Shown: positions 21,790-34,081 of the stretch, piece after piece | Position numbering within the stretch: the stretch's first letter is position 1 | Layout: each line of letters begins with the position of its first letter | NCBI GenBank assembly: GCA_036172245.1 | Contig: JAYWIR010000010.1 | Coordinates: 248,001-312,000, forward strand | Length of the DNA: 64,000 bases | Direction of reading: 5' to 3' | Origin: Raillietiella orientalis | Taxonomy: Eukaryota | Made by a program: the position numbers and the translations under genes | Notes under the pieces: model-generated | Seen by the model: the letters and a program-made list of their open reading frames with translations, nothing else | What the model was told of the DNA's origin: nothing | Database searches by the model: none

Positions 21790-24150
21790 CCAGAATTTTT
21801 TCAAGTTGAAGCAAAGATCAGTCTGCTTGCGATTCATCTGGTGCTGATTCAGATGAGTGTACTTTGTTCCCACATTCCCCGAACGAATCCAGGCCGGTTC
21901 CTTGTTAGCCGGCTCTTCGCTAAGAAGGTGAGGACCGTCTTCGTTGACAGACTGGAGGAAATTCGCGCGTCCACCTTGCTTCAGGTTGACCAAAGAAAAC
22001 GAATACGAAAATCTCCCATTCTCAGGTGAACAGCAGCAATTTTCTGAAGGAGATCGCAACCTGCTCCGATCATTACCTGGAAGGTGGTCTCGAACGCTCC
22101 GGTGCATCCGTTTCTTCGATCCCGTGGAAGAAGAAGACATTCACCCCCCATTCACACACGTTACAAACTGCTAGCAATGAGAAGAAAACTCGAAATAACG
22201 AAACCGCCTGTCTCAGGTGGGTACGGTCGTTGGCAACGGAATCTGACTGGCGATCTTCGCGACTTGCCTTCTTCACGACTGCCAGTGATCCACAGCGATG
22301 GATAATCTCGGGTAAACCTTCAAAGAGTGCGAAGGATTTTAAGGTCACTCTTGTTTCAAAGGTTTCAAATTCCCACAAGTCTACTGACCTAAGAGGGTTT
22401 CTTGAGGGATTTGTATAACTATTAAGGGTGGTTACTTTACCGTTGCTCCTGAGAACCGACTTCGTTATGACGACTTGAGCGTATGTGGGCAAAACAAAAA
22501 CAAAAGCCATTAGAACGTACTAAATGAAGAGTGGTTGGTGGAAGAAGCGATGAATTTTTATGGAGACAAATTCAGCCAGCCTTTCGTTTGCCGAGATTAT
22601 TAACCTTTATGATCTCATCGGTCGTTGTGGTTGTCAGCGACGCTGCTCAAGAAAAAAATGAAAAATTCGGCCGCCCACAGCAGAGGCTCCTCGCTACTCA
22701 TGAGCTTGAAGGAACGAAGGATCCGCTGCAGCAATCCGCGTTGGAATCGTTTGACAAGTGTGCTCGCAGGTCACTCTTCTTTTAGAGATTTTGCAGTTTC
22801 CAGAAGTCTAACGCCTATAGACGATTTCTTGAGGGATTCATCCTTCTTGCTTCCTTCGCGAGTTTCGGAATTTCCTTCCCCACACAGCACGGAAAAGGCA
22901 AGCAGACCAGAAAACAGTGTTTCGACTTTGCTTCCGAAGCAGCCAACTCCTGTTTTTTGATTTCACAGCCACGGCTCCTTCGATGTGTCGTGACAACAGG
23001 GAAAAAACATTTCTACTCACAGCTCGCCACGGCCGTCTCTGTGACCACGACCGTTCTGAGTTCATTCGATACTAAGCGGGATCAGAGGTGAGCACATCGC
23101 ACGAGTCACAAGACTTTAAGGAATCAACGATTGCTTCTGACCCCGATAGAGGACTTAATGAATTACGAATGAGATTTGCCCTTGAGAAGATGTAGATCCA
23201 CGTTTCCAGTCAGTGAGGATGAAAGTCTTTCACAAAAGCATTTTTCCAAGCTCCTCCTCGCCTTTGCGTTTGAAACTTCTGAAGACCAATTATGACATCT
23301 CCTTGATGCCTAAGGAACGGAGAGGACGTACTGTGAGTCGTCGGGCTAGCAAAGAGCTAAAGATACTGAACGTAAAACCTACCATTCCCTCTTTCTATCG
23401 TAGCGTTTCTTCTGTGAGGTTTCAAGTCACTGAGGCTCGACTCTGACTGAGGTCTTCAATACGCTTGCCAGTAAATGTTCCGTCCAGGGATGCATGATGG
23501 AGTGACTTTGGTCCTCGAGTTGGCTGAAGTGAACAACCGTCGAAGAGGGGAGAGCCTTAAAGACTTTGAAGAGTTGGCGCGAAGTCTCCTCTCGGCGCAA
23601 CGAAACATCCAAGGACGGGGAAACTTGGTTTAGCTTTCTCAAAAGACGAGTTGCATCGAGTCTTCTGTGAGGATCGTTCGAGGCATCAAGTGTACCATAC
23701 ATCTGAACGGCAGTTAATGCGTTATCGGGGAGCCACAAGAGTGGACTGAAAACTGTAATCGAGTCGAAGAGGCACAAAGTCAAGTTGTAAAAAGCAATGA
23801 CTGCTTCTGGGAATTCACGACAGTATTCGAAAAAGAGTGGGGCATCTCCGTGGAGTTGCAGTTTTTGAGGATAGTAGAGCCTTCTCGCGGCTTGAGAAAA
23901 TCGAGAAGGATGTATTGCTGTTGTTGTTTTTTTCTTTTTTCCTTTCCTTAACCTTTTCTTGGAGGCCTTTTCCTGAATTATTAGGCCATAATGAATTTCT
24001 GAAAGGTTTCCCTCGATAGCACCGTGCGTTCCAGTAAAAGAATCATCTTTTACCGGACAAAGCCATTTCTGTTCATTACCAAGAAGATGGGAAAACTGAA
24101 AATTGAAGGAACAGAGCGCATTCGTTGCAAAGCAACATCATCCCCCAAGC
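21790..24150 (-). pseudogene. Endogenous viral element, rhabdo-like L (CR I-III), decayed
   Basis: VMNRNGF..TVLS (24079-24015, cf. VSV LMDRNF..TVLS), MHP (~23490), EKCF, KGKSHS (~23170), RNVFSLLS (~23000), TLFSGL, ALDFWK (~22808; 65 codons after FSL, as in VSV), *DHKG**SRQTKGW (~22576-22617, motif B), VLPTYAQVV (eroded motif C), KKASR..SVANDR (cf. KRWSR..CVTNDQ), LDSFG..D..FW (~21800-21895). Confidence 0.8.
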
Positions 24151-24689
24151 TAAATCACTTTCGTTCTTGGGAGCGCCGTTGTCGATCCGTCCGCTATGAG
24201 GGCGGTCACCGGGTAAAAGCAAATCGGTTCGCTTTTGCCAAGATTACCCTCCAGGATCGAAGGAAAAACTCCTTTCGATTCAGTCAGTTCGATTCCTCTA
24301 ATGCGGGAGAAGGAATTTCTTAATTTCCCTGGGACTCGTTCTGCCACCGGCCATTTCTTAAGAGATAGAAGCGCGAAGACACCCTTCTGCGTAAAGATTC
24401 GGGTTCATGAAACTCGAGGAGCAGCAACTTGCATTGATCGAGGAAAGGAGAAATAAAGAACCGACATGAATCTCCGCCTCGTTGACAACGAAGCACCGCT
24501 TCTTTTCATTCGGAAAGAAGGTATGCGTTGGCATGGAGACAAGACTGACGTCTTTTTTTGGAATCGTTGCTCCGACGGGGGAGTTCCATGCAAAGCGCGC
24601 CTTCATCATTGGACACGGGAAAGTGTGGTGCCGGTTGTGGAAGGTGGGGCGAGAAGGAAACCGTCCTGCATCTTCTGCTGAACCCTGCC

Positions 24690-25100
24690 GCCCCCCGGTC
24701 CCTTTGGAACAGTCTCTCGATGACCCTAGGAATCCCGGCTGGCGACCCCAGGGACATCTGCAAACGCCTCTCCGTGCGCGCCACACTGCCACCGGCCGCG
24801 ACCCTTGCAGTGCCCTGCTGTCTTCGCGGGATCGTGGCGGCGTGGAAGGCCAGAATCGAAGGGACGCCATCCACTGGGTGTGAATCTTCCTGAGGACCGC
24901 CTCGAGATGGCCCCCACCTGGGCGAGATACGGACAGAACTTTTGCCAGCATCCTCGACAGGATGGCGAGGACGTCTGCCAGAGAAGTGTGATGCCATCCC
25001 TGGTGCCCTCCCCTTCCCCAGTGAAAGTTTTCTTCCCATTTTTCTCTATTTTGTTTGTTTCCTCTTTTTCTTTTTCCTTGTTTTTGCCGGTTTTCCCTTC
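24690..25100 (+). mobile_element. Short 3' fragment of the L1/Tx1-like family
   Basis: Nucleotide and peptide similarity (SLWNSLSMTLGIPAGDPRDICKRL..CCLRGIVAAWKA) to 3030-3200 and to the reverse complements of 48060-48230 and 50720-50880. Followed by a T-rich tail. Confidence 0.7.
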
Positions 25101-25149
25101 TCCGTCGCTGTGGAAACGGATCTCGCGGGTGTTCGTACCGGTCGTGGCA

Positions 25150-27200
25150 AGTCCCGAGCACGTGGTGAAACCGAGTGTTTCACCACGCTTGAACACTTCT
25201 GATGGACTTTCATTATGGTTTTGTTTGATGGTAAAGGCCTTCTTGCAAAACCGGGTGGAACACGAGAATCGAAATTTTCCAAATCGGCGCCGTTCTTCCA
25301 TGCTTCCTCCGCTTTTTGAGTTGGCGCTAGGATGGCGAAACCTTTGCGGCAGGGGACATGCTTCCTTCGCCCTGGATCGAGTCCTGCTGGTCTTATTAGA
25401 GTGGTTTCGATTTTTCATTCTGGTTCCCTGGGATTCCTATCCTTGCTTTATGAGTCCGCTTGCCTGACGTTTTTATGGAGTTGGTTAAAAGATCTACCAT
25501 TTGCGGAAAGTCTAATATAGGCAGGCATAGGTGGGTGGTCAAACCCAGAGGACAGCATCGGCGGCGCACTTGCTCTGGGAGAATTCGCTTCGTAAGTAGG
25601 TCGTTTCTACGGAGCGCCCAAGCCGGGAAGAATCGAATCAGCGCCTCGCTGACGCCTCCCAGAGAAACTGCTGGGAGCTGGAAATACGTAATCGTGGAAA
25701 TTCCGGTACTTCTACATTCGGACGGGGGGCTGTTTTCGCAGAGCGGGATGTGACGGACCATCTCGGGCAAGGGCAGTGAAAGCGAACCAGGCGATTTTTT
25801 CTAAAGTGGGCTCATCTCCGGGAAAACTTTCGGCCAGTCGTCTGTTCACGATCGATGCTGTGGGAGTCTGCATCATGTGTGTGTGTGTGTGTATGTGTAT
25901 GTGCGTGTGTGTGTGTGAGAGAGAGAGAGAGAGGGAGAGAATGATCGTTTTTTTTTAGTAAAATCTCAAGGAAATGCCGATGCTCGAGCCAATAAATTCA
26001 TTGCTTTCGGAAAGCAAACGTGCCCGAAGAGAATTCGGCTGTCAGCGTTCCAGAGCCTTTTTATCCACTTTCACATTTTTGTTCTTGTTTTTCCTACCGA
26101 CAGGATCACCAGCAACTCGTCTCCTCACCACGAAGCGTACATCCTGTTAACAAGTGGGGGTCATGCCGTTTTCCTTGGGGGACCTTAGCGGAAGAAAGGA
26201 TTCCAGAATGCTGGTAACATTGGGTCATTCGTACAGAGGTGAGCACGGGGCAGTTACGGAGGGCACCTTGTTTTCCTCTCTCCACTGACTTGCACTGCTG
26301 CTGTTGCTTCCGCAAATAGGAAACGAAATCCATCTGCGGTTTCCGATGCTCCCACGTTTTCGAGTCAAGCGGAGAAAATTCCTGTCTAAGGACGGAATGT
26401 GGGAAGCTCACGAAAGCGCCTCCGCTGAAAGTCACGCGCGCACCCGCAACCTACCGAAATGCACCCCAAAGAGAATGCAAACATTCAAGGCTGCCGCCCC
26501 CCGGTCCCTGGTGCAGCTTCCGTTCTGATCACAGCTTGCTGCTTTGTGCATCCCCTTCCCCCCTTCCTATTCCTCCGGGAAGGAATGATCACGGAAATTT
26601 CTATACGAATGACGTTTTCTCAGGGAACAGTAAATTTCGCCCTGTGACAGTTCTTGCACAAAGAAGCTACCTCCATCCGAGCCACGGCTCGTAACAGAAT
26701 TGCGATTGCTTGGCGCCCATCGTCAGGCGCATGCAGGAAGGTGAAATATTTCCTGGATCGCAAGCCCGGATCGGTTCGAGAAACGCAGGCGGATACCATC
26801 GAGAAAAGGGAAGACGGAAGGGGGAACTCCAGAAATACCACGTGCTGAACAAACTGGGTGCCTCGAGCATTCGACGTTCATGGCGCGTTGCAGCCGCTGA
26901 CCGACCGGCTGTGGAGTGGCGACCTCATGGTTGCTTTCTTGCGGAGTCTGAGAGGCGATTTTTATATTGTGCTCCTTAAAATGTGTATCTCTGAATGGAG
27001 ATTTCCATCTGGTTACGGGAGAAAATCCTATGCAGCTGAAACCCGAGATCGTTCGTATCAAAAGTAACGGGAAATCTCAAGAAAATGATCCCTTCTTCTT
27101 CATCATGAGCGGATCGGGACGCAGGATCTTCCCGATAAGAATTTCGAATTCCCCATTCTTCCTGACCGAGAGAGTCCTCTGCTGAGATCAATCCTCCGCA
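25150..27200 (+). pseudogene. Endogenous viral element, Mononegavirales-like L (CR I to motif D), decayed
   Basis: FCLMVKAFLQNR (~25219, cf. FLLMVKDVIIGR), SCFSY..LVSSPRS (~26085), FRVKRRKF (motif F region), TVNFAL* (~26627, motif A with TGA for W), GRRKGELQKYHVL (~26809, motif B), WSGDLMV (26912, motif C), MQLKPE (27030, motif D). Confidence 0.65.
25876..25939. repeat. Compound microsatellite (GT)n(GA)n
   Basis: Seen directly. Other microsatellites at ~29590 (CT)n, ~30612 (GGT)n, ~34207 (TA)n and ~44765 (AAAAAC)n. Confidence 0.9.
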
Positions 27201-27249
27201 GCCTGCGTTGGAGTTTAGGTGTTGCTTCTGGACATAAGGAGCCCGCCGC

Positions 27250-30200
27250 TGGCTGCAGGAAGGAAGATCCGAAGAATTCAGAAAGACTTGAGGGTTTTTT
27301 CAGTAGAGAGAGGCCGAAGAGGACCCCACGGCAGCTTCAGAGATGGCTTTCAGCGGGGGAGTCCACCGGTTGAGCAGGTCAAGGACAGCAGACCGATCCG
27401 AGTGTGTGGTCCGGCGAAGGAAGGCGAGAAGGTGCTGCCTTCTATGACTTGGACCCCAGACGCCGCCGTCCAAGCTTCAGGAACGCAGATTCAGGAACAC
27501 TACAGTCACGACACGGGAGAAGGTTGGAACTTGTCCCTGGAGCTTTCTCGTCAAGGGAAACCTCCCGAATTCGACCGGGGTCTGCGCCGCAGCGCGTTCA
27601 TTGCTTTCTCCAAGCTTGAAACAGAGGAACAGAACGGCGCCATTCCCCGTCCCTCTGCAAGCAGCCCACCGTCCAAAGGAACGGTGGCAACTGCTTCGCG
27701 CGTTCGGGGCAAACCAGCACCGGCGGAGGTTCCGAAAGCCTGGAAACGCGGCAAAGGGCAAATTCCGAGAGGCCTCAGAGACACCCAGGAGCTTTTCCGG
27801 AGAAGAAGCCTCCTTGTCATCGGGAGTGAGCGAACTCCCTCCGTTCTGTTCGCGGCGGCGTTCTCCCGGCGTGGTCAGCAGGGAACACGACGAAGCGGTC
27901 GAGGAGCAGCAGGGATGCCGAGGACTCGAGGTACTCGCGAAGCTTCACCGCATTCGAAAACCGGAGACTGTCGCTTGATGGAACCGTCTTCAGACTCCGA
28001 GGCAACCCTCCGTCTCCATCGCCGAAGGTCAAGTGCGACTTTCTCTCGGAGCCGAGCAACCCTCTTGAAAGGACACGTACGGCAAGTGGTTGCCGCATCT
28101 TCTAGCGTTCCCGACGAAGCCAACAGGACCTTCCACACCTGCCCTCAGTAGCCATCATGCTCCGTCGTAAAACCGATGACTCCGTAAACGGATGCGCAGC
28201 CGAGATCACTCTCCAGCAGCAGCTCCGAGCTTGCGCACTGTTAATGCGCTGCGTGCAAGGGAACACCACCACCACGCGAAATAAGCGAGGGGTTCAAACC
28301 CCGGGTTCCGGCCCAGGCAGCTCCAAAGATGTGGAGAGGCGACTCGGAAAGCTCGGTAATTTCATCTTCGAGTCCATAAAGGGAGGCAGCCGTGACGAGC
28401 ATCACAAAACGTGCGAGTCTCACCTTCTCCTCAAGGAGGAGCCGCGAAAATTCCATGTTGCGGATCAGGGACAAGATCGTTCTGCCGAGAAGGAAGAAAC
28501 TGCCCACAGTTTTCCTTCTTTTCTGACATCCTCGAAAAGATTACACCCATTCATCAGCGAAATCAGATTTACAGATGCCGTCGTATTCGATCAGTCGAGA
28601 TGCGCGTTCGCCATATTTATGCGCGCAGCTGAAAGCGACCATAAATCTTTCATGCACCATTGCATAGCTAATAGCTTCCTTCTAATAGTCATGCCATCTC
28701 GTTAAATTAATGTTAAGTTAGGGAAAGACTGTAAGAGAATTTAAATTGATAAACAAAGACATGCATCATGAAGATCCTCCTCCGTAGAACCAAGTAATCA
28801 ATCGATAAACCTTTCCTTGGCTTTCCGGGATTATGGGATACTCCACTGCCCAAAAAACAACATGTAATTCATTAGATAAATTGCCTGTTGAATTTAATGT
28901 CTGTTCCAAATTTAATTAAGGCCTCCCGATTGAGCGGGACCCAAGTTCAAGTTCGCCCCCAGGACAAATCCTTCCGTGCGTTTTCTTGTTTCCGAGAATT
29001 TGCAGCTTCCAATTATCTCCGTGAATCCAAGAAAACACATAGTTCGAGGAGTCCGCATTCTGTATCAAGATGAGAAATCTGATATGGCGATTGCCGAGAA
29101 CTTCGAATGCAATCCCAATGACGCAGCTCCATCCCTCTGGAAACCCTGCAATGCGGGGATTAGAGCGGATTGCCGGCTTTTACGAGGTGCGGCTTGGCGG
29201 TGACCATCGTCCAGAGGGCCGAAAATACGACCCGGAGCGCAAGGTTTTCGCGTCTCGGTTCCGGAGAAAAAAAGTTTTTTTTTTTTCCCCCCGCTTTAAT
29301 TACTCACTCCAGTTCTCCATCCCGATCGGACCCGCTGATCGTCTTTAATGAAGTTGCCAAGGAGAGATGAGCGAACCTATGGATTGCAGTGCACGCTGTT
29401 TCCGAACCATTTCAGGAAGAAGATGAGCAGAAACGTGGGAGTGTGGAAGAGCAAGGAGCTCCTGGGCTATTTGTATTCCTGTGCTTTGTGTGTTTCAAAT
29501 TCGAGACTTGCATGCAACACGCACTCCCAGCTGCTTCCAGAAGTTTTCACGAATTCTCTTCCTTCTACGAGCCACAGTTGCTCTATGCAGTCTCTCTCTC
29601 TCTCTCTCTCTCTTATCGGGAGTCCAGATGGTCATCTCTAATTTACTCGCTTTCCCTGTCATCTCCCGTCTCATTTGAAAACAGCCTCCTTGTTCCAAGA
29701 AGAGAGGGATGAGATCTCCATTTCTTTACAGCTAAAGGATTTCGTCATTCATCACCCGATCGCGCCGGGGTGTTAATTCAGAAAAAAATGAACGAACCGT
29801 GTAGGAACCACGTTCCCGGACTAAGGGAAAGGAAGTTCAAGGGGAGGCCTCCCCGACACGCAGGTCGGGCACTGGGAGTCCGGAACAGAAGGGAGGGAAC
29901 TTGAAAAAAACGAAAAAAATACAAAGAAAAGATATGGTAGGGGAGGGAGGGGGGGAGGACCCCGGTCAAAGACCCTGTTGGAGTTGGGAGCTGTGGAGTT
30001 TGCTGTTGACATGGCGATTTCCGTTCTTTTATAAGATGAAGGGAACCCTCCTTTGATCCCTAGCTTTTTGGAAAATATCCGTCTGGATACTTTTCCTGGA
30101 GCACTCGTATCCTGGCTTGGATGGCCCTCTGTCGCTCAAATCGACATCTTTGCCGCTTGCTACTGGTGGGCCTCGCGTTTCGGACGCCCACCTTCCCAGT

Positions 30201-33200
30201 ACCATTCGGATTCCGAATGCATTCACTTAGAATTCCGTATCCTTAGCAACACCGTGATGTCCGTGTTCTGAGATTCCTTCGCAGTCCGTTTTACTCTTAC
30301 ATAGGGTTGCAGTCCTCAGCCGATCTGAAATTGGCAGCAGCTTCGTTTGACATGAGCGGGAAGGCGTCCAGCGTCCGCCTTGGCTTCTCCACGGCGACCT
30401 CCTAGCAGCTGCTGGCAGAGCTCTGCCGATCACAGGCAACTTTGCTTCTGCTCCGAACGCTGTGACAGCTACGGATGCAATCTCGGGAAAACCAAAGGAA
30501 ACCTTTCAGGAACGTTTCAAGTTACCGCTCAGAGATGTGATTAGACAACGGCAGACACTCGGATCACTTAGTCTAAGGAATAAACATCAACATCATCAGT
30601 GGGAGGAGGAGGGTGGTGGTGGTGGTGGTGGTGGTGGTGAGAAATGGACGTTGAAAATCTTTCCTCAGCTCTATGGGAAGTCAGTTTCCAGTTTTCCATT
30701 GGAGACACCTAAACTGAGATTTTTGCGCGTACGTTTTTTTTTTGCTTTAAATACACCCGCGGGAATTTCAGTTCAAAAAAAAAAAAAAAAACTTCTGCGG
30801 AGAAAGTTTCATTGGAATTTCTTGCTTTCCTCGTGAGGTCATTTGCTCTTGCAAGTTTCTCCTGAAAGACATAAAATGCAGCTCAACATCTATCCCTGCG
30901 ATTCAATGCGGAAAAGGGGAAGGGAGGAGGGAGGGAGGGAGAGGAAAAAAGAAAGAAAGATTCCTCTTTCTTATGTTTGTTTGCTGTTTGTTTGTGCTTT
31001 TGTTGTTGTAATCCGACTATTCGTAGCAGCATCGAAAATCTTCAGGAAATCGTTTGCCGGAAACCTGAAAACTCCTACTTAGAATCACTCAAGAAGAGCA
31101 GAAATGAATTAAAGCATTGGGGGTCGCCACTGCCATTTCTCTCGATAGAGTGGTAATTCTCTTAAAGGTCACCTAAATGACAATGTTCCATAAACGGGCA
31201 AACGCCAGATCAGCTCTGTGCCTTTTTGGATAGGAATGGCGGCGAAAATGACGATGGAGTTCACGACTGCCTCTTAACAGAGCCCGTCGATCCCCTTGCC
31301 CTGTACGATCTGGATGTGTACCCTGAACGTCTCAAATAGGCTCGGCAGCTTTTTGTCCGATGCGCTTACGTCAAGGGTGTTTCATTTTCACTTTTGCAGT
31401 ACTAAGCACAGTACTATGTACAAAAGCAGAATGCGCACTGAACCGTACACGAGGAAAGTTCCAGGGTTTTCCAAATTCTTGCTCTGAGAAGGACACCTTC
31501 CCCCAATCGTCGCCGGAGCATTTCCGAAGGGAGGCTGCCCCACGCGCTTTGGTAGGCATCTCCTCCCCCAACAGGCCCTCGACCACCTGCTTCGCCTGCC
31601 CGTTCTCCATTTTTGCGCTCCGCCTTGCCCACCCTGGCCTCATCCGCAACCAAGGAGGCGGGAGAGCGGCTTTGCTGCTTTCGGGCAGTTTCCGGGCCCG
31701 GGAAGATCTGCTCAGATTTGCTGCTGCACCACTGCTAAGCTGGCATCATGATTTTTGCCTTGCTCTGCCGCCGTGCCGGAGATCACCACGAGAACAGCCT
31801 AATCTCGGTTTATGACACGCACTCACGATGTACTGGCATCACTGCTTCCTCGCGTTCATTCGAATGGAAAGTATTCCCTTCCGATTGCATTATTCTCGGA
31901 AGCATTTAGGGAACAGAGGATAAATATGTGTGCCAGGTGCTCATTTTTTTTTTTTTTTTGGCCTCCCGAAGTCAGCACGCGAAAACAAAATGAAATAAAA
32001 TAAAGAGAGGAAGAAAGAAACCAAGGTGCCAGGATGTGAGCTCGTTCGGATCATTTCTTCGAGAGTATCATCCAGCTTCACGTCTCTTTGTAGCCATGCT
32101 CTTCCCATGTCAGGGCGTTTCGTAAGCTGTTCTGGCTCGTCGCGAAGAGTTGGCGGTCGGCTTTCGGTTCGCCAGCAGCCGTCGCGTGCTCCAAATCGCG
32201 TTTCTATCTCTTCGGGATGGCAGAATGACCTTCCCATGACAGAGCGTCCGCAAGCTGCTAATTTACGTCAGGCTCTCTCCGAAGGACTTTGCATCACGCA
32301 CCATACATTCGGGAGCTCCAGAGCTTTGCTCTTTTAGGAGTTCTTGCTCTTCAAGGCTGCAGGCATGGACTCTGAACGGAAGCGAAGTGTGTGGACGCGG
32401 AGGAAAGAGGCGGAAAAAAAAAAAAGGAAGAAAAAAGCTTCTTTCCCGGCGAATGCAGGAAAAATTAGCGAGTCATCCTTATAAGAGAATCCAGAGACAC
32501 ACGGATCCCTTTTTTGGCATCTGGGATATTAAGGGGCATTGACATACATTGACTCCGCCGAGTTTTTTTCCATGGCACCAAAGTTAACAGTTTATCCCGA
32601 GACACTCATTGGGTGCTCTTTTGCCTGCTTCTGTTTTTTAACGAGGTTGGTTCGGGCTGTGCAAAAAGCAAGTTTCGGGACTTCCGGGGACGTGCACTTT
32701 GCCAGTTGCGATAATGGCGAGCGAAAGAGGGAAACTTCGGTCGTTTCGTTCTCATCCTGCATACGTCCCTGTTCTCCCCCTGCGGGAAAAACGCCCACCT
32801 ATTTTGTTTCCTGGAGCGCCGCGCTTGGTCCTGCGTGGATTCGCACCCAGCGGCCGGACTGACAGTGAGAAATCTCCCGGCCTCATTCGATCCGTTCCCA
32901 GCGTCCGGACCGATCAAGAGAAATTTCATTTTGCACTGCCGGATCCGATGCGGATCTTGCTCTCTTCCGAGAGCCATTCTGCACCGATGCACCCTTCTGT
33001 GGTGCGAAGCCTCCGTTTTTTGCAGCGCAACACTTTGTTTCTTTATTTTTTTTTGAGAAGATCCGTTTGCTCTCCTTTCGAATGAACGAGGCAAAAGGCA
33101 CAGACAGGCTTAGCAATCAACCTACAATTGAGCTTCCCCTGGTCCACATCATCTGGTATCGATCTTCCGAAAATGGAGATCCTCCGTGTAAGTCGAATTT

Positions 33201-33650
33201 CTCAACGTCGTCCTTCCCGGATCGGGCGTCGCCACGACCACGAGCCCGCTACTCCCTTCCCGAGCAGAAGGTTTTCTCCTTTCTGCCTCAACTTTCTGAG
33301 TCGGTATTGGGATCATTCCCAGTTGGCTGCCTCCTATTCGCCGATATCCACTTTACGGAAGACTTCCCGCTCAGACGTATCCGCCGCAGGCTCCATCCGT
33401 CTTCAGCTCCACGTGTGCTCCGTTGCTGCAGCACCGCTTATGGACTCCGGTCCTGGATCGCCGGTCCCGTTACCCTTACCCTCCTCGGATTCTCACCCTT
33501 TACTTGGAGACGTCCACCACCTTTCATCCAAGCTTTCCTCGTGATGCTGCACTCTGCGGACACTGATGACCGATCCTTCCTCCTTTTGTACGTCTCACGA
33601 CGATGCCTTCCTCGTTTACGTAATATGAATGCCTTTTAGGCGTGCAGCAC
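27250..33650 (+). pseudogene. Endogenous viral element, near full-length Mononegavirales-like L gene (CR I through methyltransferase), decayed
   Basis: GFQRGSPPVE (~27345), KGKFREASETPRSFS (27753-27797, cf. KGKERELKLAGRFFS), *WNRLQ (~27976, motif A), DVERRLGKLG (motif B), GSRDEH (motif C), KEETAHS..SSKR (~28490), SVPNLI..GLPI (~28900), TLFP..ELLGYL (~29394-29472), RSPFYSYIG (~30280), ETFQERF, GMDSE (32362), then K and SGDVHF about 37 aa apart (32580-32700, MTase). The 3' end beyond ~32750 is inferred. Confidence 0.75.
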
Positions 33651-34081
33651 CTAAGAGCGCACTGCAGTTGCACAGCATACACCCTTGCAGTTCCTTATTC
33701 TGTGCTCCTTTAGCATGGACAGGCGACTTCCGATCACCAGGTAGTCGAGAGTGATTCTCTTAGTGCAGAGATGGCAGCGACGCGTCATCCCTTCAATGCG
33801 GAAATCCGGAGAGCGATTCGTCTCTGACCCGAACTGACCTGGGACACCATTATTGGCACCTACCGTGTCATCCCCACCCGCAGCTCATACCCACCTACGG
33901 GAAGCTTAAAACTGCATTCCGTGGCGGTCCCTCCCTCATTTCGCTGGCCGTTTCGGTGCTTCGTTGTGCTGAAGAAACTAAAAGGGCGCCAAGGGAGACC
34001 AAGTTAAATTATAGTGCAAATATCATTACAAATATACATGTGTGTGCTCAATGATTTTTCATTCTTATATATCTTCGTTTC

